Positions 32,339 through 34,021 of a stretch of DNA of 34,021 nt are shown here, piece by piece. This stretch comes from Chloroflexota bacterium (lineage in GTDB: Bacteria; Chloroflexota; Dehalococcoidia; GIF9; UBA5629): contig JBBISW010000005.1 in NCBI GenBank assembly GCA_037441105.1, positions 1-34,021 of the forward strand, in the 5' to 3' direction. A program made the position numbers and the translations under genes. Below the pieces are notes generated by a model. The model saw nothing but the letters and a program-made list of their open reading frames with translations. It was not told where the DNA came from and made no database searches. Within the stretch, counting starts at the first letter, position 1; every line of letters starts with the position of its first letter.

Positions 32339-33976
32339 TTACCTTTTTGACCTCTGTGCCCGCCAGGTTAATATCCCCGCTGCTGCTATGGCACCGATAA
32401 ACAGTACTGGAATAAGCAGTGATAGAATGAAAACTTGCTGGGACATAGGAGTTACTTCACATTGCTGAACCTCGGACCACGGGCTTTCATTGCCGATGTC
32501 ATCCACAGCTCTTACTCTCCAACTGTAGTTGTCTGGAGCCAGCATGTCTCCCCGGGACAATGTATACTCTGAGTTGGCCAAACTCTCTCTGACCAGGACG
32601 GGTGATAAAAAGTCATCACCGTGAGCAATCTGTAAGACATAACTTATATCACCTGGTTTACCAGAGTCTGACCAATCAAAAGTGGTTTGTGGTGTGCCTG
32701 AACTTCGCTGTCTGGAGAAGGTAATAATTTCGATAAGGCGTTTAGCAGTTCCGAGGAACACATCACCAACTGAATTAAAAGTCTCCAGTTTGGCTCCCTG
32801 CTCAGGGGATAATAATTTGGGTGCTGGGGGTGCAATTTTCGCTGTGGTAAAAACAGCTCGAGCAGAATTACCTTTGTTACCTGCAGCGGTTATCGTGTTC
32901 TCTTTAATCATGCTTGGTGGAACTTCGAATTTGGCGTTGAAGCTACCTGTATCGTCAGCGACGACCACCACATCTAGTTTTGTTTCGTTAAAGCTGATGG
33001 TTATCGCCTCGTCCTTAGCAAAGCCAGCCCCTCCGATGGTCACTTTAGCTCCTCTATTCCCTGAAGATGGCTGCAGCTCAATATGAGGAATAACATTGAA
33101 TTTGGTGTCGGGGACAATTCCCTTTGGTGTAAAACTGCTTCCATAAACACCGATTGTGTGATAGCCTTGGGTAGAAGGTGGAATATTTAATGTGGCACTC
33201 CAGCTACCATCGCCCCCACCTACTATATTGCACATGATTATATCGCCATCCCAGGTTATGGTGATGCCGTCCTCACCGGTTCTGAAGCCAAATCCATCGA
33301 TTTTAATTTCTGTGCCCACAGGTCCGGAGACTGGCTCTACCTTTGCTGCAGGAGCTACGATGAACTTGACCTTGCCGATTTCTGAAGCTTTCGTTGAAGG
33401 GCTGAGGGCGCTGATAAAATGGTCACCTTTCGTCGTTTCTGGGATGTCAAAATTGATGCTCCATGTACCAAGATGATTGGCAGTGGTAGAGGTGGGTAGA
33501 ACATTACCGTCCCAAGTTATTCTGATGTCTCTTTCAAAGGCAGAAAAGCCATTCCCGATAACTGTAACTGGTGTATACATTCGGCCAATATATGGGAAAA
33601 TTGTTATCTGAGGAAGCACGGTGAATGTAGCTGACGCTGTGCTGCTGGTCCAATTGCTATCATCGGTAATTTTAATGGTGTGGCTGCCCTTGTAAGCGGT
33701 AGGCACTTTTAAGTTGCATGTTAGTTCACCGGTTTCGGAAATAGGTATGCCTGTCAGAACTATCTGGTTGTCCCAATGGATGATGGCCGAACGGCCAGCA
33801 AAGCCATTGCCACTGATTAATATAGATGTACCAACAGTGCCTGATGTGGGAGAAACGGCAATATTAGCGGCATGCACCGGAATAGGGAATGCCAGAAGTG
33901 TTAAAAAAAGAATGATAATCAGAGCAGAGGCTGTGGATACGCCCCTAATATGCATTAGTTTTTGTTCTTTTGCCAA
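32339..33976 (-). CDS. Cell-surface protein with a signal peptide, four IPT/TIG-like repeats, an FN3-like module and a C-terminal TM anchor
   Basis: 545-aa paralog of 4765..6515. The signal sequence is ALIIILFLTLLAFPIPVHAA. Repeats follow the pattern xPxSGxVGTxIxIxGxGF...ITWDG...GSWS..L.IP.ST.G.HTI. The C-terminus has NYSWRVRAVDDIGNESPWS, the TM segment VFILSLLIPVLFIGAIAAAGILTW and a tail RAQRSKR. The start may instead be the second Met at 33955. Confidence 0.85.
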   Translation of the reverse strand: MAKEQKLMHIRGVSTASALIIILFLTLLAFPIPVHAANIAVSPTSGTVGTSILISGNGFAGRSAIIHWDNQIVLTGIPISETGELTCNLKVPTAYKGSHTIKITDDSNWTSSTASATFTVLPQITIFPYIGRMYTPVTVIGNGFSAFERDIRITWDGNVLPTSTTANHLGTWSINFDIPETTKGDHFISALSPSTKASEIGKVKFIVAPAAKVEPVSGPVGTEIKIDGFGFRTGEDGITITWDGDIIMCNIVGGGDGSWSATLNIPPSTQGYHTIGVYGSSFTPKGIVPDTKFNVIPHIELQPSSGNRGAKVTIGGAGFAKDEAITISFNETKLDVVVVADDTGSFNAKFEVPPSMIKENTITAAGNKGNSARAVFTTAKIAPPAPKLLSPEQGAKLETFNSVGDVFLGTAKRLIEIITFSRQRSSGTPQTTFDWSDSGKPGDISYVLQIAHGDDFLSPVLVRESLANSEYTLSRGDMLAPDNYSWRVRAVDDIGNESPWSEVQQCEVTPMSQQVFILSLLIPVLFIGAIAAAGILTWRAQRSKR

Positions 33977-34021
33977 CTTGGAACCATGCTGAAACCATTT
34001 TTGTTCGCCAGAGCGAACCTA

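Overview
This 34-kb window is almost fully coding and looks like a bacterial chromosome segment. From gene order and envelope gene content I infer a Chloroflexota, possibly Dehalococcoidia-like, source, but I could not verify that. The plus-strand left end carries infC-rpmI-rplT-pheS-pheT. The minus strand carries a conserved housekeeping array (rpsB-tsf-pyrH-frr, cdsA-dxr-rseP-ispG, proS), two tandem pairs of acyl-CoA dehydrogenase paralogs, an N-terminally extended GreA-like factor, and a compact thiC-cinA-speD-speB block behind a TPP riboswitch. Three paralogous membrane-anchored surface proteins lie among these genes. Two have IPT/TIG-like repeats, and one of those is frameshifted. The third is a 1110-aa BNR/Asp-box beta-propeller protein. 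The most interesting signal is two closely related cobalamin riboswitch plus terminator cassettes in tandem on the minus strand. One precedes a BtuF-like lipoprotein that has no btuCD partner in the window. The other sits directly upstream of the giant BNR surface protein, which makes that protein a candidate cell-surface corrinoid-capture or B12-responsive envelope protein. A second notable signal is a diverged copy (about 75% identical by hand alignment) of the last 156 nt of pheT plus its downstream promoter-like box. The two copies bracket the frameshifted surface-protein gene, which looks like the scar of a cassette acquisition. I saw no rRNA, tRNA, CRISPR array, transposase or integrase gene.
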